A DNA stretch of 64,000 bases from the human T2T-CHM13v2.0 reference genome, Homo sapiens. The stretch lies in assembly GCF_009914755.1 (NCBI RefSeq), contig NC_060929.1; one strand, given 5' to 3'. The position numbers and the translations under genes were made by a program. Of this stretch, positions 14,613 to 27,696 are shown in pieces. The stretch's first letter is position 1; each line of letters starts with the position of its first letter. The notes below the pieces were generated by a model that was given only the letters and a program-made list of their open reading frames with translations, was not told the DNA's origin and did no database searches.

Positions 14613-14790
14613 AATACAAAAATTAGCTGGGTATGGTGGCAGTCGTCTGTAGTTCCAGCTACTTGGGAGGCTGAGACGGGAGACTCTTGAACCCGGGAGG
14701 CAGAGATTGCAGTGAGCTGAGATTGTGCCACAGCACTCCAGCCTGGGTGACAGAGCAAGACTCCATCTGAAAAACAAAACAAAGAAAAAT
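14613..14790 (+). mobile_element. 5'-truncated Alu (linker plus right arm)
   Basis: aatacaaaaattagctggg...gagcaagactccatct plus A-rich tail. Confidence 0.9.
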
Positions 14791-14940
14791 TGGATTTTTT
14801 TTCTTTTTTCTCTTGAAATGTCATCCACTCCAGATTGACTATATTTAATTTTTGAGATCCAATGAGAAGCTGGTTTGGATATATTTTCTGTAGAGCATTT
14901 TGGTTATTTGAGGAAGGCTTCCCCTCCTCACATTTCTTTT

Positions 14941-15247
14941 CTTTTTTTTCTTTTTTCTTTTTTTGGGGATGCAGTTTCGCTCTGTCGTTCCGGCTGGAGT
15001 GCGATGGCGTGATCTTGGCCCACCGCAAGCTCCGCCTCCTGGGTTCACACCATTCTCCTGCCTCAGCCTCCTGAGTAGCTGGGACTACAGGCGCCCACCA
15101 CCACACCCGGCTAATTTTTTTGTATTTTTAGTAGAGATGGGGTTTCACCATGTTAGCCAGGATAGTCTCGATCTCCTGACCTCGTGATCCACCTGCCTCG
15201 GCCTCCCAAAGTGCTGGGATTACAGGCGTGAGCCACCGCGCCCGGCC
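14941..15247 (-). mobile_element. AluY-type element, antisense, with 15-bp TSD
   Basis: Contains gcaagctccgcctcc and ccattctcctgcc. TSD CCTCACATTTCTTTT at 14926-14940 and 15248-15262. Confidence 0.95.
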
Positions 15248-15899
15248 CCTCACATTTCTTTTTAAAATGTGGTGGCGTTTTTGTTCATTGTTGCTGATAT
15301 TTACTTCAGCACATGTGGTAAGTTTCTCAAGACTGTGAGCAAAGTCCCGGTGTGCCGCCGTGGCCTGGCCGTGAACAGGAAAGAGGCTGAGGGCCGCTCC
15401 TCCGAGAGCCCCACCAGCTCTGCCACTTTCCAGTCGCCGGCTTTGTCCTGGATGCTGGTCTCCCAGAGGCTGCTGCTGGTCAGAGTCTCACCAGGACAAA
15501 TCACTGTCATTTTATCCGTAATAATTACACAATTCTGCTTTTGTTCACTGGTAGAGAATCAAACTAATGCACTTCTGCGACAGGATTAGCTTACAGTAAG
15601 CATGTCAGTTGGCATAGCTAAAACTTCTCAAAATTTCCTTTAAATTCATTCTTCTTTCTTGGTTTTTGTCAAGAAAATGGGTGAAAATGATTTTAAAATT
15701 CTGTCCTCCAATGTCCGCAGTACCAATGTCCACAGTATTTTATGTGATGAATGACATCTTAAATCTGGCTGATAACGATGCTGGTCTTCAGGATTGGTGA
15801 CATGGGTGATTTTGGAGAGGACAGTGCATCTTGAGAATGATCATCTCTAGCAGAACTCAGGTTTGCTACACATTTGAGAAGAGAGTGCGTGTAAAGCAT

Positions 15900-16400
15900 C
15901 AGCCCCTGTCATCTCACACCCCGTAGGCAAAGCCCGCTGACGAGGCATCCAGGCCCACTGGCTTCCCTGCAGCCTGCGGGATAATGGCATGGTCTTCACA
16001 CCGGAGGGTCTGTGCGAGTCAGTGATACTCCCTCTCTTTCTCCCTGGCAGACTCGCTCTCCGTCTCCAGCAATGACGCCAGTCCACCCGCATCCGTGGCT
16101 TCCCTCCAGCCCCACATGATCGGGGCCCAGAGCTCGCCGGGCCCCAAGCGGCCGGGCAACACCCTGCGCAAGTGGCTCACCAGCCCCGTGCGGCGGCTCA
16201 GCAGCGGCAAGGCCGACGGGCACGTGAAGAAGCTGGCGCACAAGCACAAGAAGAGCCGCGAGGTCCGCAAGAGCGCCGACGCCGGCTCGCAGAAGGACTC
16301 CGACGACAGTGCGGCCACCCCGCAGGACGAGACGGTCGAGGAGGTGAGGCTCTGCCCGCTGGTTGGGGCCGGCGTGGCGGGGCCCGCTGGGCTTTTGCTG
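15900..16400. promoter_or_regulatory. CpG-rich segment over exon 35
   Basis: Visibly high GC and CpG density compared with the flanking intron. Boundaries approximate. Confidence 0.6.
16051..16343 (+). CDS. TRIO: TRIO exon 35 (293 nt; linker after first SH3)
   Basis: Acceptor ctttctccctggcag|AC, donor GAG|gtgagg. Encodes (D)[21 protein letters not shown]...[28 protein letters not shown]...PQDETVEE. Confidence 0.97.
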
Positions 16401-17786
16401 CAAGAATAGTTGCTGATCTTATGAGTAAACTGGTTTGGTTCTGTTTTCCGCACTTACTCAGAAATTACCATTCAAGTCTCTGCTTAGCAGACTGAGATTT
16501 AGTGGGGACACTTGAAAGAAAATTGAACCCAGTAAGCACATTCAGGACCACGTGTGGCTTCTGATTAAAAACAAACAAACAAACAAAACAGATCACCATG
16601 CGCCCCAGGCCCAGTCAGCCCCCAGGCCTGGGCCAGGAGGGAGACCAGACTTGGCTTCTGGACCCTCTCCTCCCCACTCCACCATGAAGCAAAGCCAGAG
16701 GCTCTGTGTAGTCTGCAGAAGATTTGGGCAGTCTCTGAGCTGATCATTGTGGCAGCATTTTGCAGAGAAAGCTCAAATTGGAAATTTGGAAGGACTTGTG
16801 GAGTGTTTGCACTTTCCAATTGTTTTTCCCCAATATTTATTATACTTACAGCTTGTCTTGAGTAGAAAATAACCAGTTAATTTACTTTGTTGACCCAGTA
16901 GTAAACATTGGGTTATTCCCATGTCACCAAAGGTAAGTGCATGTAGGTCAGCCAGAGATTTTTTATGTCCTATTGACAAGGGAGGCTTTAAATTACATTG
17001 CAAGAAACAGAATTCCTTCAGGATGCTGGAGATGGCCTTCAGCACTGGTGGTGTCAATGAGGGGTCCTCAGAGTTTTTAATTAACTTGGATCGACCCCCG
17101 ACTCAAGTCTCACACAGGTTCGAAAAAGAAAAGGCAGAGAGTGGGGATGAGATTTGTGTTATTTGATTTATTTGGCAGATAGCTGTTTTCTGCTGTTTTT
17201 TTCCTGGGCATATTTTTGCCATGAGATTTTGTTGCAGTGTGGGGGTTGGGATGTATTATGTACATTCTTGATAAACCTCTGTCCTCTTAGGAAAACTAAA
17301 ACTGAAATTTGTTTCTAAAAGTGAGAATAGAGGAAAAGAATACTCAAATCCAGTGCTTAAAATGCATCTTGGATTATATTTTTTATGCCCTTATTATTTC
17401 AGTGAACTTTTCTATAGCAAGATACCCAAAGTGAAATCAGCTGGACCAAAGGAACTAAATCAACATGAGGGTTGTAGCTCAAATTTTTGAGCCTTTTTAA
17501 AAATTGGCTTCTCAAAGATGAGCTGTGTTCAGAGCCTAACAGATCACATTGGCAGTCCCTTTATATGACACATGACACATTCAGTGGCCATTCTGTCATC
17601 CAAGTTGACAAGCAAAGCTATTGGGTAGCAGGAAGAGAGGAAAAGTTACCATCGAGGTCGAGAATAGCTTTGTTCCTGATTTCTGCCATCCCAGTCTCTG
17701 TCCCCACCTTGCTTCTCCAAGTAACCCTTGGTCCACGTCTGTGAACTGGCCTGGAATATAATGAGCAAATCTTGACTGGATTTCAG

Positions 17787-17957
17787 AGAGGCCGGAACGA
17801 GGGCCTGAGCAGCGGTACTCTCTCCAAATCCTCCTCCTCGGGGATGCAGAGCTGTGGAGAAGAGGAAGGCGAGGAGGGGGCCGACGCCGTGCCCCTGCCG
17901 CCACCCATGGCCATCCAGCAGCACAGCCTCCTCCAGCCAGACTCACAGGATGACAAG
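17787..17957 (+). CDS. TRIO: TRIO exon 36 (171 nt)
   Basis: tttcag|AGA...AAG|gtaaag. Encodes [57 protein letters not shown]. Confidence 0.96.
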
Positions 17958-19014
17958 GTAAAGGGGGATGAGGGCTGGGGAATCCATGCCTGCCGTGCAG
18001 GGGCAGGGCACGCTCGGTAGCTGCTTCACACCAGCCTCATTTCAGGAGACAGGAGGCCCCAAGATGTGGAAAAGGGCAATGCAGTGCTCTTTCAGGCAGC
18101 GTCAGCCTGGTTGTACCCCAAAAGTATGAGTAACAAAGCCATTTAGAATAGCAGTAGGCCAGCGGGTGCAGTTTTTCTTACACATGTGGCTCAATGCATT
18201 TTTAATGATGCTTCAGTAATTGCCACTTCTAAAGTAATTTTAAAGTTTCCTAATGTATTGACTAGAATCCCTGAGAGAACAATCAGAGATATCCCATGCA
18301 GGTCTGTCTGAAGGCATCACTAAATGAAGAGTTGGCCATCTCCCCTCTGTGAGGTTTTTGCATGCAGGTTTCTGGTTTGAGATGAGGTTACATCACTGTC
18401 CAGTTACTTTTTCCAACATGCCAGACATTAGTTTGTAGGATCCCTACGCTAGAGTGCAGGCATAGTTGTCAAAGTGTAGGAATCAGTTGAAAGCTCTTTG
18501 GGTCTACGCAGGAGCTTCAAGCCATGAAAGTCATTTGTTTTCTTGAGTTCTTACGTAGTCTAAAATTATTTTGTCAGCCCAATTGTAGAGCCCTAAAAAA
18601 TAAAATAGCAGAAAGGAAACCTGCTCAGTGTGGCTTGCACATCCTCTAGCATTCTGGCCCTATTGTGCCCCTCAAAATCATGCTATGAAGTCATTACTGG
18701 TGATGCTTTTTTTTTTTTTTTGGCAGTAACTAAATTTTCTGAGTAAAACAGATAACTTTATCAACATCTTCCCCCATGCTTCCCTTTTTCCTTCCCTGAC
18801 TTCCTTGTCAGTACTTGCACAGTCACTTGCCAGATTAATCACCCTCTATTTTACGACATGGGATTGGCCTCAGCCGGTGCTTAGCAGCTGTGAGGCCAAG
18901 TCAAATCATGCACTCCTCTTAACCCAAGGCAGACCTGTCCACCACCCCTTGTTGGTGGAAAGCTACTCCCTCCTCCCTTTTTAACACGAGACCAGCACAC
19001 TGTAAGGGTGCTGT

Positions 19015-19099
19015 GGGGCCTGCAATGATGGCTGTGAGCTGCAGGACTGAGCACAGGTTGGAGTCCTGGAGTTTTGTGTGCATCTGAGGTTCAGGCTCC
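19015..19099 (+). ncRNA. SNORD170: Intronic C/D-box snoRNA-like element (probably SNORD170)
   Basis: Box C-like ATGATGG 19025-19031, D' CTGA 19047-19050, box D CTGA 19084-19087. Closed by an 8-bp terminal stem GGGGCCTG/CAGGCTCC (one G-U). Name is from recall that SNORD170 is hosted in TRIO. Confidence 0.6.
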
Positions 19100-19539
19100 C
19101 CACCATGTGTAGGGGAGAAGGAACAGGGAGCCTGAGGTGAGAGGACCACAGCCCCCTACCCCACCCAGTACACAGGCTACCTGGCTAGGACATGGGGCTG
19201 TGTGATTTCTGTGATATTTCCTAAGCTATTTTGTAATACGCTAAGCCATGCCTTTTTGAAAAGCAGAAAACTGGCATTTCTTAAATCTGGGTGGTTGTCC
19301 AAACATTGAGGGGCTGGGCCTTGTTGACTTACTCACCCATAAGGGAGGATTTTTCTCCATTTAAAGAGTGACCTGCACTGTATCCTTCTGTTTGCTAGTT
19401 ACTATGTTACCTCGTTGAGTATTATCAGTAGCAGTTCTTCATTTACAAAAATCTGTAGTGATTTTCCCACACAGTATATAATCTCGTGACTAATTTTTTG
19501 TTTTGTTCTGTTTTCTCTTTTTGTAAACTTTCACTGCAG

Positions 19540-19599
19540 CATTATGTTGATTTGTGTTCTGTGTCTGTTTTGGCTCAATTTCCTTACCTTTCCGTTTGA
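19540..19599 (+). CDS. TRIO: Alternative terminal exon (Trio8/Solo-type hydrophobic C-terminus HYVDLCSVSVLAQFPYLSV*)
   Basis: Branch-point-like gactaat ~19488-19494, long T-rich tract, cactgcag|CAT. Phase 0 matches the exon 36 end. 19 codons then TGA. Resembles the rodent Trio8/Solo C-terminus as I recall it. Confidence 0.85.
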   Translation, partial: HYVDLCSVSVLAQFPYLSV

Positions 19600-20430
19600 A
19601 TTTTTTTCTTTGTTTTCTTCACCCCATATTCCAAATGTCATTAGACCAAACCAACATTTGTTTTGCAAAGTGCATATTTTGACCCACACGTGTAAAAGCC
19701 TTGTTGTGAGTGTATGAGCCTGTATCTGTCTGCTGTGAGACACGCATGGCCAGGACAGCCCGCTGTGGGTCGCATGCCTCGCCGCTGTCCTTAATATGAA
19801 GCAAGGTTCATATTACGCCCCTTCTAGTTCCCAGTTAATTAACGGCTCAAGTAATCTGCAAACACGTCGTGTTTGCTAATTACTGAAACTCGAACTTAGT
19901 AGCCCCTCCCCCAGATTTCCTGTCAACCCCTTTACGCCCTCGATTCTAGCCATAAGTGGCATCTGATAGCTTGTGAGGCCTCAGCTCTTCTGTACTCTGC
20001 ACTAATCATGGGGAAATGGATGGCACAGAAAATGGTGAGCTTGTCCCCCTCCTTCCCTGTCTGGTCACCGCACCCCGTTCCTTTCCTCTTCCTCGTTTCT
20101 TTTTTTTCTTAATCCCATAAACACAGTAAAGCCATTTCTTAGTACCTGTTTTGTTTCCTGATTATTCCAGGATTCTCTCACTAGACCCTAAGCCTCTCAT
20201 TCTGCTGTAGGTCAGATTCTCTATTCCTTCTCCCTAGCCCAGAGCCTTGCCAGCACTTGCGAAAGTTACGGTTAGAATGTTCCCTTGCCTAGTCACCTCT
20301 TTGAAAAAAACACTGTGATGTTACATGACTGCGATTCAAATCAGACACTGTCTGCTTCCCACATGTATCTCAGACAGGTTTTATTTAATGTTTCTTGTCA
20401 GAATATTGTAAATTCAAAAGGATGACTTTA

Positions 20431-20436
20431 AATAAA
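20431..20436 (+). terminator. Polyadenylation signal for the alternative terminal exon
   Basis: AATAAA followed about 15-35 nt later by the GU/U-rich tract cttgtggtctttttgtct. Confidence 0.65.
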
Positions 20437-20576
20437 TGTAAACAAAGACAAACTTGTGGTCTTTTTGTCTGGAATTACTTTCACAAGAGATGGAGCTTGC
20501 AGGGGAATTTACTGTCTGACCAGTTACTAATGTGAGCCCTTGCCCCACCCCCTCCTTTTCTTAATTTCTTCTGTAG

Positions 20577-20672
20577 GCCTCTTCTCGGTTATTAGTCCGC
20601 CCCACCAGCTCCGAAACACCGAGTGCAGCCGAGCTCGTCAGTGCAATTGAGGAACTCGTGAAAAGCAAGATG
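20577..20672 (+). CDS. TRIO: TRIO exon 37 (96 nt)
   Basis: ttcttctgtag|GCC...ATG|gtgagg. Encodes [32 protein letters not shown]. Confidence 0.96.
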
Positions 20673-20794
20673 GTGAGGCCTCCCAGAGAAAGTCTGACTT
20701 TTGGAAGCTGCTCTGTGTTGCTACTTGCAGATGGATTTGCCCTTGTCTTTGTATTGCTCTGGGCTGCAGAATGTGGCTGTGGCTTATGGCACAT

Positions 20795-21270
20795 CTCAGG
20801 AGTCCCCATGACCACCCTCGGGTTCACTGATTTGAAGGACTCAGAGAACTCAGGAAAGCCATTATTCCCACATTTGCAGTGTATTCCCATGAAAGGACAC
20901 AGATCAAAATAGGCAAGGGAAGAACTGCATAGGGCAGGTCTCAGGGAGTGCCTGGTTCAAGCTGCCAGCCATGCTCTCCCAGTGGAGTCAGGCAGACAGA
21001 GGATTGCCAACCACAGCAGCTCACCCGAGCCTTGGTGTTGAGTGTCTGTTTGGGCTCAGACGCATATGGCTGACTGCTCTGTGTGGCTGACCTTAGGTAG
21101 TCTCCTGCCCCTCCAGAGATCAAGACACTGTCACATTGCTAGCATAGACTATTTGCCTTGGTCCCAGGCCCCCAGGTAAACAGACATTCTCATCAAGCAG
21201 AACATTCCAAGGACTTACAAGTTCCCTCCTAGAAGCTGGGGGCAAACCTCACTGCACATACCCTGCCTGC
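20795..21270. mobile_element. Old LTR fragment, MER21/MER77-like
   Basis: ggagtccccatgaccaccctcgggttcactgat...gaaggactcagagaactcag...ctctcccagtggagtca resembles the MER21-family consensus as I recall it. Confidence 0.55.
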
Positions 21271-21944
21271 AGTCACTGCAAATGTGGTCAGCTCCAGTCT
21301 GTCTGAAGATGTGCCAGGGTCAGTGGTACCCACAGTTAGACTCTCCGTTTTGTTTTGCAACCCCTGAGATCTTTCATTTGGGTTCACAATGTGTGAGAGA
21401 GAAGGGTTTACATTATTATATAAGGGCTTCATTTTTCTTAGTGATCTCTTTGTTGCCAGTTGGCCAACGTGGGTTCATTTGATAAAAGCCCCAAATTAAA
21501 TGTTGGTTCTTTGAAGTTAAGACAGGCATGTGTTGCTTCTAACTGATTCAAATCAATTAATTTCTGTTTTTGTAGTTTTCCTAACTGGGAAGTGGAAAAA
21601 CCACCAATGGTAACAACTTTTTAGACTGGTATATCCTACTATCCCTATAAAGACAACGTCTTTTAAAAGCAGCTCCTCCCAAAGTAAAAGCCCTCAGTCT
21701 GTCTCAGCAATCCATTCTCCAGAGGTAACCACTGCGAATAGTTCTGATACGTTTCCCTCCAGACGTTTTCCTTGCTGGTGCAAACATATATATGTGTGTG
21801 CGTTTTCTTTCCAAATGGATTCATTCAATTTTTAAGACTCTAATAATTAACACATCTTAAGGATCTTCTCACGTCAGTACATACAGATTACCTCTTTCCT
21901 TTATTTAATAACTGTATAGTATTCCTCTACATGGATTCTGTGAT

Positions 21945-22140
21945 AATAATACCACTGAGCACTTATTCTAAGCCAGGCGCTGTTCTAAGTGCTGAGCATG
22001 TATTAATTTATATACTTCCCACAACAACCCTATGAGGTTGTTATGCACTATTGTTATCCCATTTTACAGATAAGGAAATTGAGGCACACAGAACATTTAA
22101 AAACTTGACTAGCCACTAAGGGTCAGAGACAAGATTATGC
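21945..22140 (-). mobile_element. MIR, apparently interrupting an old antisense L1 fragment
   Basis: ccaggcgctgttctaagtgct...acaacaaccctatgagg...cccattttacagataaggaaattgaggcaca. Confidence 0.8.
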
Positions 22141-22566
22141 TATAATTTATTTAAATATATTCCTAATACATACTTGTTTCCCATATTTCTCTGAACATCC
22201 ATTACATGTTTGTGATTATATTTGTCAGGTGAATTTTCAACACTGGAATTGCTAAATCAGAGTATACTTCTTTAAAGTTAGAAGTTTCTCTTCCTGCATT
22301 TGGGCATTAACTAGGTACCAGATATATCATTCCCATTTCTTCCTTCATCCACAGACAACCTCTAATGAAACTGGTTGACTGAGTCAAATGGGAATTATAT
22401 AAAGAAAAATTTGGACTGACGTGTCACCCTGCCATAGCTAGAAATTTCTCCCCAGGTAATCGTGTGGTGTTCCGGAGAAGACCCAGTGAACTTTGAACAG
22501 GAAGCTTGCTAGGGTGTGGTAGATAACTCACGAATTCGGACTCCACTGGTTAAGATTTTGGAATCA

Positions 22567-22895
<329 letters not shown>

Positions 22896-24109
22896 CTACA
22901 TCCTTGGTATCTCTTTAAAAGACAAGTTGATAAAACTGTCTAAATGAAGGGTGCTTAAATTGTATCCAGTGAGTTTTTAAGCATCCTTAAACTTTTTTTT
23001 AAAAGCCATTTATACACGTCAGTTAAATGACCATTAAAATCATTCTTACCAAATAGCCGAAATGGTTTCCCAGGGAACGCTGTGAGGCAGATCTGGCCAC
23101 TATTCTGCAGCTGTTTAAATTGTATTGCATTTTATGTGGTCTGTGATTCATTTGTAATTAATTCACGTGGACTTCCAAATGGAGAGGTGGTCTGTGGCAT
23201 GGTCAGTTTTGACTCTTACTGTGTTAATCTCCTTTTTCAATTCTGAAGAATTAAACTTTCTTGGTTTACTCAGTGAAACTGAGTTGTTTCTGCTCACTTC
23301 AGTGGGCATAAAGCTGTTGGCATAGGAAAGGCATAGGTTTTGGAGTCAGATAGACTTGGGTTCACAGTCTCCTTACGGTGAGTTCCACCAGGCAAGTCCT
23401 TCAGCCTCGGAGACTGTCTTTCAGCTACACATGGGAGCTCTCAACCAGGTTTCATCCACATGGGTGTTCACTGGTGCCTTCCCCTCCCTTGGGAGAACCA
23501 TGTTTGTACTTTATGTGATAGGTTCATCCCTTCTTCATTCTGCCAGGGAATGCGATCTAAATTCTCCCCTCTTTTTCTGGTTCAAGAGAAGCATCACCCT
23601 GTGTTGGTTTCCTGTCACTAATGCTCTAACGTCACATGGGAACTAGTTTTTGTCAGAAAACACTAATGCATCATTGTAATATCCTAAACTTATACTGACT
23701 CTGCAGTAGATCCTTAAGCATCCACATGTGTTTTCTTGTGGGTGATTTCTGAGGCTGTCGCACACTCATAATTGGATTTGAACACTGCATTGTTTATTCT
23801 TCAGAAACTCTGTATGTGTTTATTGGGTTAGGGAGGAGAGGAGAGAAGATGTTCAGCAGTTACACAGTATGATGTTTAAGGAACTGAACCTACCTAAACC
23901 TAAAACCTGAGGATTTGACTCGAAAAATGAAAGCCCCCCTGAAAACTGTTCCCTGGATTCATTCGTCTGGCTTACCTCCACGTTCTTGATGCAGCTGGTT
24001 ATTTTAAAGGCTGTGCATTTTTCCTGCATGTCGGCAATAGAGTAATAGTTCCCTGCCGCCACAGTGATTGTGTGAACTTGACTTTGGGGTTTTCTTCTCT
24101 TCACTAATC

Positions 24110-24600
24110 AAAATATAAAGGGAGAAACAAGAAAGAATGAAAATAAATGAAATCACATCTAACTCAAGATGTTAGAAAAACAACAAAATAAACCAAAGAA
24201 AAGCAGAAGGAATGAATTTATACAGATAAAAGCAGAAATTAATGAGCTGGAAAACGGTAGCATAATAAAACCAAAAATTTATTCTTTAAATATAGGCATT
24301 AGGTAACCATGTCAAGAAAACAGAAAACACAAATTCCCAAAATTAAGAAATTATAAGAGAGGAAAAAACTGAGGAAATTCAAGCAATCATAAGACATTAT
24401 TTTGTTCATCTCTTTGATAGTAAATTTAAAATGAAACCTGAATGAAATGGGCAGTTTTCTAAGAAAATGTAATTTATCAAAATTAATCTCATAAGAGGTA
24501 GAATATTTCTGTAGACCTATCTTCATGTAAGAAAGAGAGGAGAAGGACACAAAAAACAACCAAACCCAGAGAGTTTCACAAATAATTCATCCAAAATCTG
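24110..24600 (+). mobile_element. Degraded L1 ORF2 fragment
   Basis: A-rich aaaccaaagaaaagcagaaggaatgaa...aaagcagaaattaatgag motif typical of L1 ORF2. Confidence 0.7.
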
Positions 24601-26355
24601 TGAAGTCCCAGTGGCTGCAGTTTTGAGACAGCCTTAGGCTGGTGACAGCCTTCTCACACACATTTGTGGAAGAGGCAAATGGGCCACATGAAGGCGATAA
24701 GGACGTCTAGCCACAACTGCACCGCTTCAGGGTGTGTGCACCCTCTCGGCAGCCCATCTTGTCAGGAAAGATCAGATCTAGGACAGGCAGCCGAGGGGCC
24801 TGGGGACTCCATTGTTGCAGGTCGAGAAAGCTGGAAGACAGGTCCCCATGGACACTGATGAAGTCCGTGACTTTACCTCCCTGCCGTCTGCAGCATCAGG
24901 GGCATCTGGAGCCTTTCTCTTTCTTTTCTTTGTTTTTTCTCACTGTTCAAATGAACAGAATTCAATCTAACAGGCTTCAGCTGTCCAGGTGGGGGATGGG
25001 GGGTACAGAACATCCTCCCTTCGCTCTCAAAAACAGATGTGATCTGATGAGCGTGAAACAAGCTCTGCTACTCACAGCAAAATGTTTGCTTCCAGTAAAG
25101 CTCAATGGCTATTTATTTAAAAGAGTGCATTTATTTTTCAGATCAAACTCTGTTCCTTAACTAACTTAATGTCCTGTTTTTCAAAAATAAGATCAGCAGT
25201 TGGTGTGTTTTTTATAGCTCCATGGGTTTTAACAAGATTGCTTGTACAGTACATGCTTTGTGTCCTCAAAGCTCTGCTTAACAATGAAATCAGATTCAGT
25301 CTGTTACTGTTAAGAGGAGAAAATAGAACAAGTGTTAGAGATTTTAGTTTATTAATACCAAATGTTTTAAGTGAGGTATTGTTTTTGCATTTTGTATTGT
25401 GCTGTTCAAACCTAGAATAAATTCATCACATTTTTTTCCAGTTCAATCATATCTATATATCCAGTTTGTTGCTTTGGGAATGTTAAAAGAACTATAAATC
25501 TTATGTGTTCTGTGAATCCAGGTAAAACAACGAGATTAATATTTACCAAATTGAAAGCAATCAGTCACCAGTCATTGTCACATTAATCCAAGGAGAGAAG
25601 TCACCAATATTCAACTTACAGATTTGCTGAACACTTGCAAAGATTTGCATGAGGTTCTACTGGGGATACAGCAATGAAAACAATCACCTATAGAAACCAA
25701 AAGCCAGTGGGGGAAAGAATGTATTGCAGAAGTAATTAAGACAAGCACGATTACTATTTTGTATAGAGGGATAGAATGGAAGTTGCTAGATGGAGATTAA
25801 TTTTACCAGAGTGATTTGTATGCATTGAAGTATGAGTCAAAGCTCTAGTAGGATAATCAGGAAACAAACCAAGTTTGTTGGATTGCTGATGTTGCTACAT
25901 AGTCCACCAACAGGGAATGCAGGTACCATGTCCAGGTGCCACACTGGCCTGACCCACGCACATCCCAGCAGCTCATTTGGCAGGAATATAACCAGTAAGA
26001 AAATTGCTAGATATTAAATATGTGTGATATGTCCAAAAATGGGTGCAGTACTCTGACATAAGCAAGTATAACATTTCTACTTGTTTGATAACAAGAAATA
26101 GAATATATTAATGTATGTAAATTCACTATCCTTTTCATTCCAACTTTTCTCTTTTCTCCACCTCCTTTGACTCTATTTTTTTATTAATAGTTGGGTTTTT
26201 TGTGTTATTAAATGCTATAATTTCACAAACAAAGATTTTATAATTTCACAAATACATTTTCTGTATTTTCTGACTTTGGGTATTTTCTTGTCTTAGTTTT
26301 AGCCAATCATGGGCTGTGGGCAGTAAGTGTTGTTGATTATGTCAATTTCTTCCAG

Positions 26356-26504
26356 GCACTGGAGGATCGCCCCAGCTCACTCCTTGTTGACCAGGGAGAT
26401 AGTAGCAGCCCTTCCTTCAACCCTTCGGATAATTCCCTTCTCTCTTCCTCCTCGCCCATTGATGAGATGGAAGAAAGGAAATCCAGCTCTTTAAAGAGAA
26501 GACA
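26356..26504 (+). CDS. TRIO: TRIO exon 38 (149 nt)
   Basis: ttcttccag|GCA...CA|gtaaga. Encodes [49 protein letters not shown](H). Confidence 0.96.
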
Positions 26505-27629
26505 GTAAGACAGAAATGTTTTCATTCTTATTGTTCTCTGGGTTCCGTCCTGTCTTTGTTGCCTTCAAAAATGTGACTGAGATTCAGCTCTGAAATACCG
26601 AGATGAGAAGCTCCAGGGCCTCTCATTAAGTAACTGCACGTATGTAAAAGACTCAGGACCTAATAAGGGCACAGTATTCCATAGCTGCAGTTTCTTGTTT
26701 TATTTGTATATGATACTTCATAAGTAAGAATGATGCAAGACAAAAATGTCTTCTGCCACATGTGGTGAGAAACTCCTAGACTTTTTATTGTACATGTGAT
26801 TGTGAAAGAAAAAGTAATATAAAATTAGAACCAGTCCCCAAAACTTGAATATTCTTTGAACATACTTTACTGGTTTCTCAATGCCAGTAAAGCAGCATAT
26901 GGTGAAAAGAGTCCTGAAAAATGTTACAAAAGGTTTAAACTTGCCTTTGGAGAAGGAAAAAAAAAAAACGTAAGCTACGAAACGGCAGAGACTGGGTGTT
27001 TTATTCAGCACTGTATCCCAGCACCTCCGATGGTGTTGGGCACATGAGAGGTGCCAGGTTGATGTTGGTTGAATGAATGACTGAACAACACATGGATGAA
27101 CCTTTTCAGGCCAATTGAGGTTGTTTGCTATACTGATCAAATGGTTGTCTTCTGTTATCTGAGTGGCCTTAAACGGTTACTGAATGTAACAAACAGAAAT
27201 ACTTGTGAGTGATGTGATTAGACACAAGGTTTAAACATCTGATTTAAAAGTTTTTCTTGTATAGCCAGTGAAGGTTAAAATGACTTAATCATTTTTTAAA
27301 AGCCACTTCCTTTACTATCATGGCTTTGTCAGAAAGTTATGTCTAAGCTTCATTGTTGTCCCTGTATGTGATCAGAATCCAGAAGGGTGAATTCACCCTG
27401 ATTGCCCTCATGCACTGTGCCTAGGTGTCTTTTGACCTCCAGAGCTCTCGTGGGTCACCCACTTGAACCTGTAAGTGATTTGGGACTCTCCAGAATTTAA
27501 CACCTAAATGTACAAATTTGATACATTACTATTCAGTCCTGGAAGGAGTCCATCCTGACCAGGAGCAAAGGTACAAAAAAATTCATTTAGAAAACAGTTT
27601 GCATGATAAACAATATTTTTTCTCTCCAG

Positions 27630-27696
27630 CTACGTTTTGCAAGAACTAGTGGAGACAGAGCGTGACTATGTGCGGGACCTTGGCTATGTGGTTGAG
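27630..27696 (+). CDS. TRIO: TRIO exon 39 (67 nt; start of DH2)
   Basis: tctctccag|C...GAG|gtgtgt. Encodes [22 protein letters not shown], the DH-domain CR1 motif. Confidence 0.97.

Noticed and set aside
15300-15323. Possible 8-nt micro-exon (cttcag|CACATGTG|gtaagt)
   Set aside because: Frame-shifting length and weak pyrimidine tract. The nearby ATG at 15267 is out of phase with exon 35, and there is no other support.
15996-16495. Antisense and alternative-frame ORFs over exon 35
   Set aside because: GC-rich shadow ORFs of the real exon.
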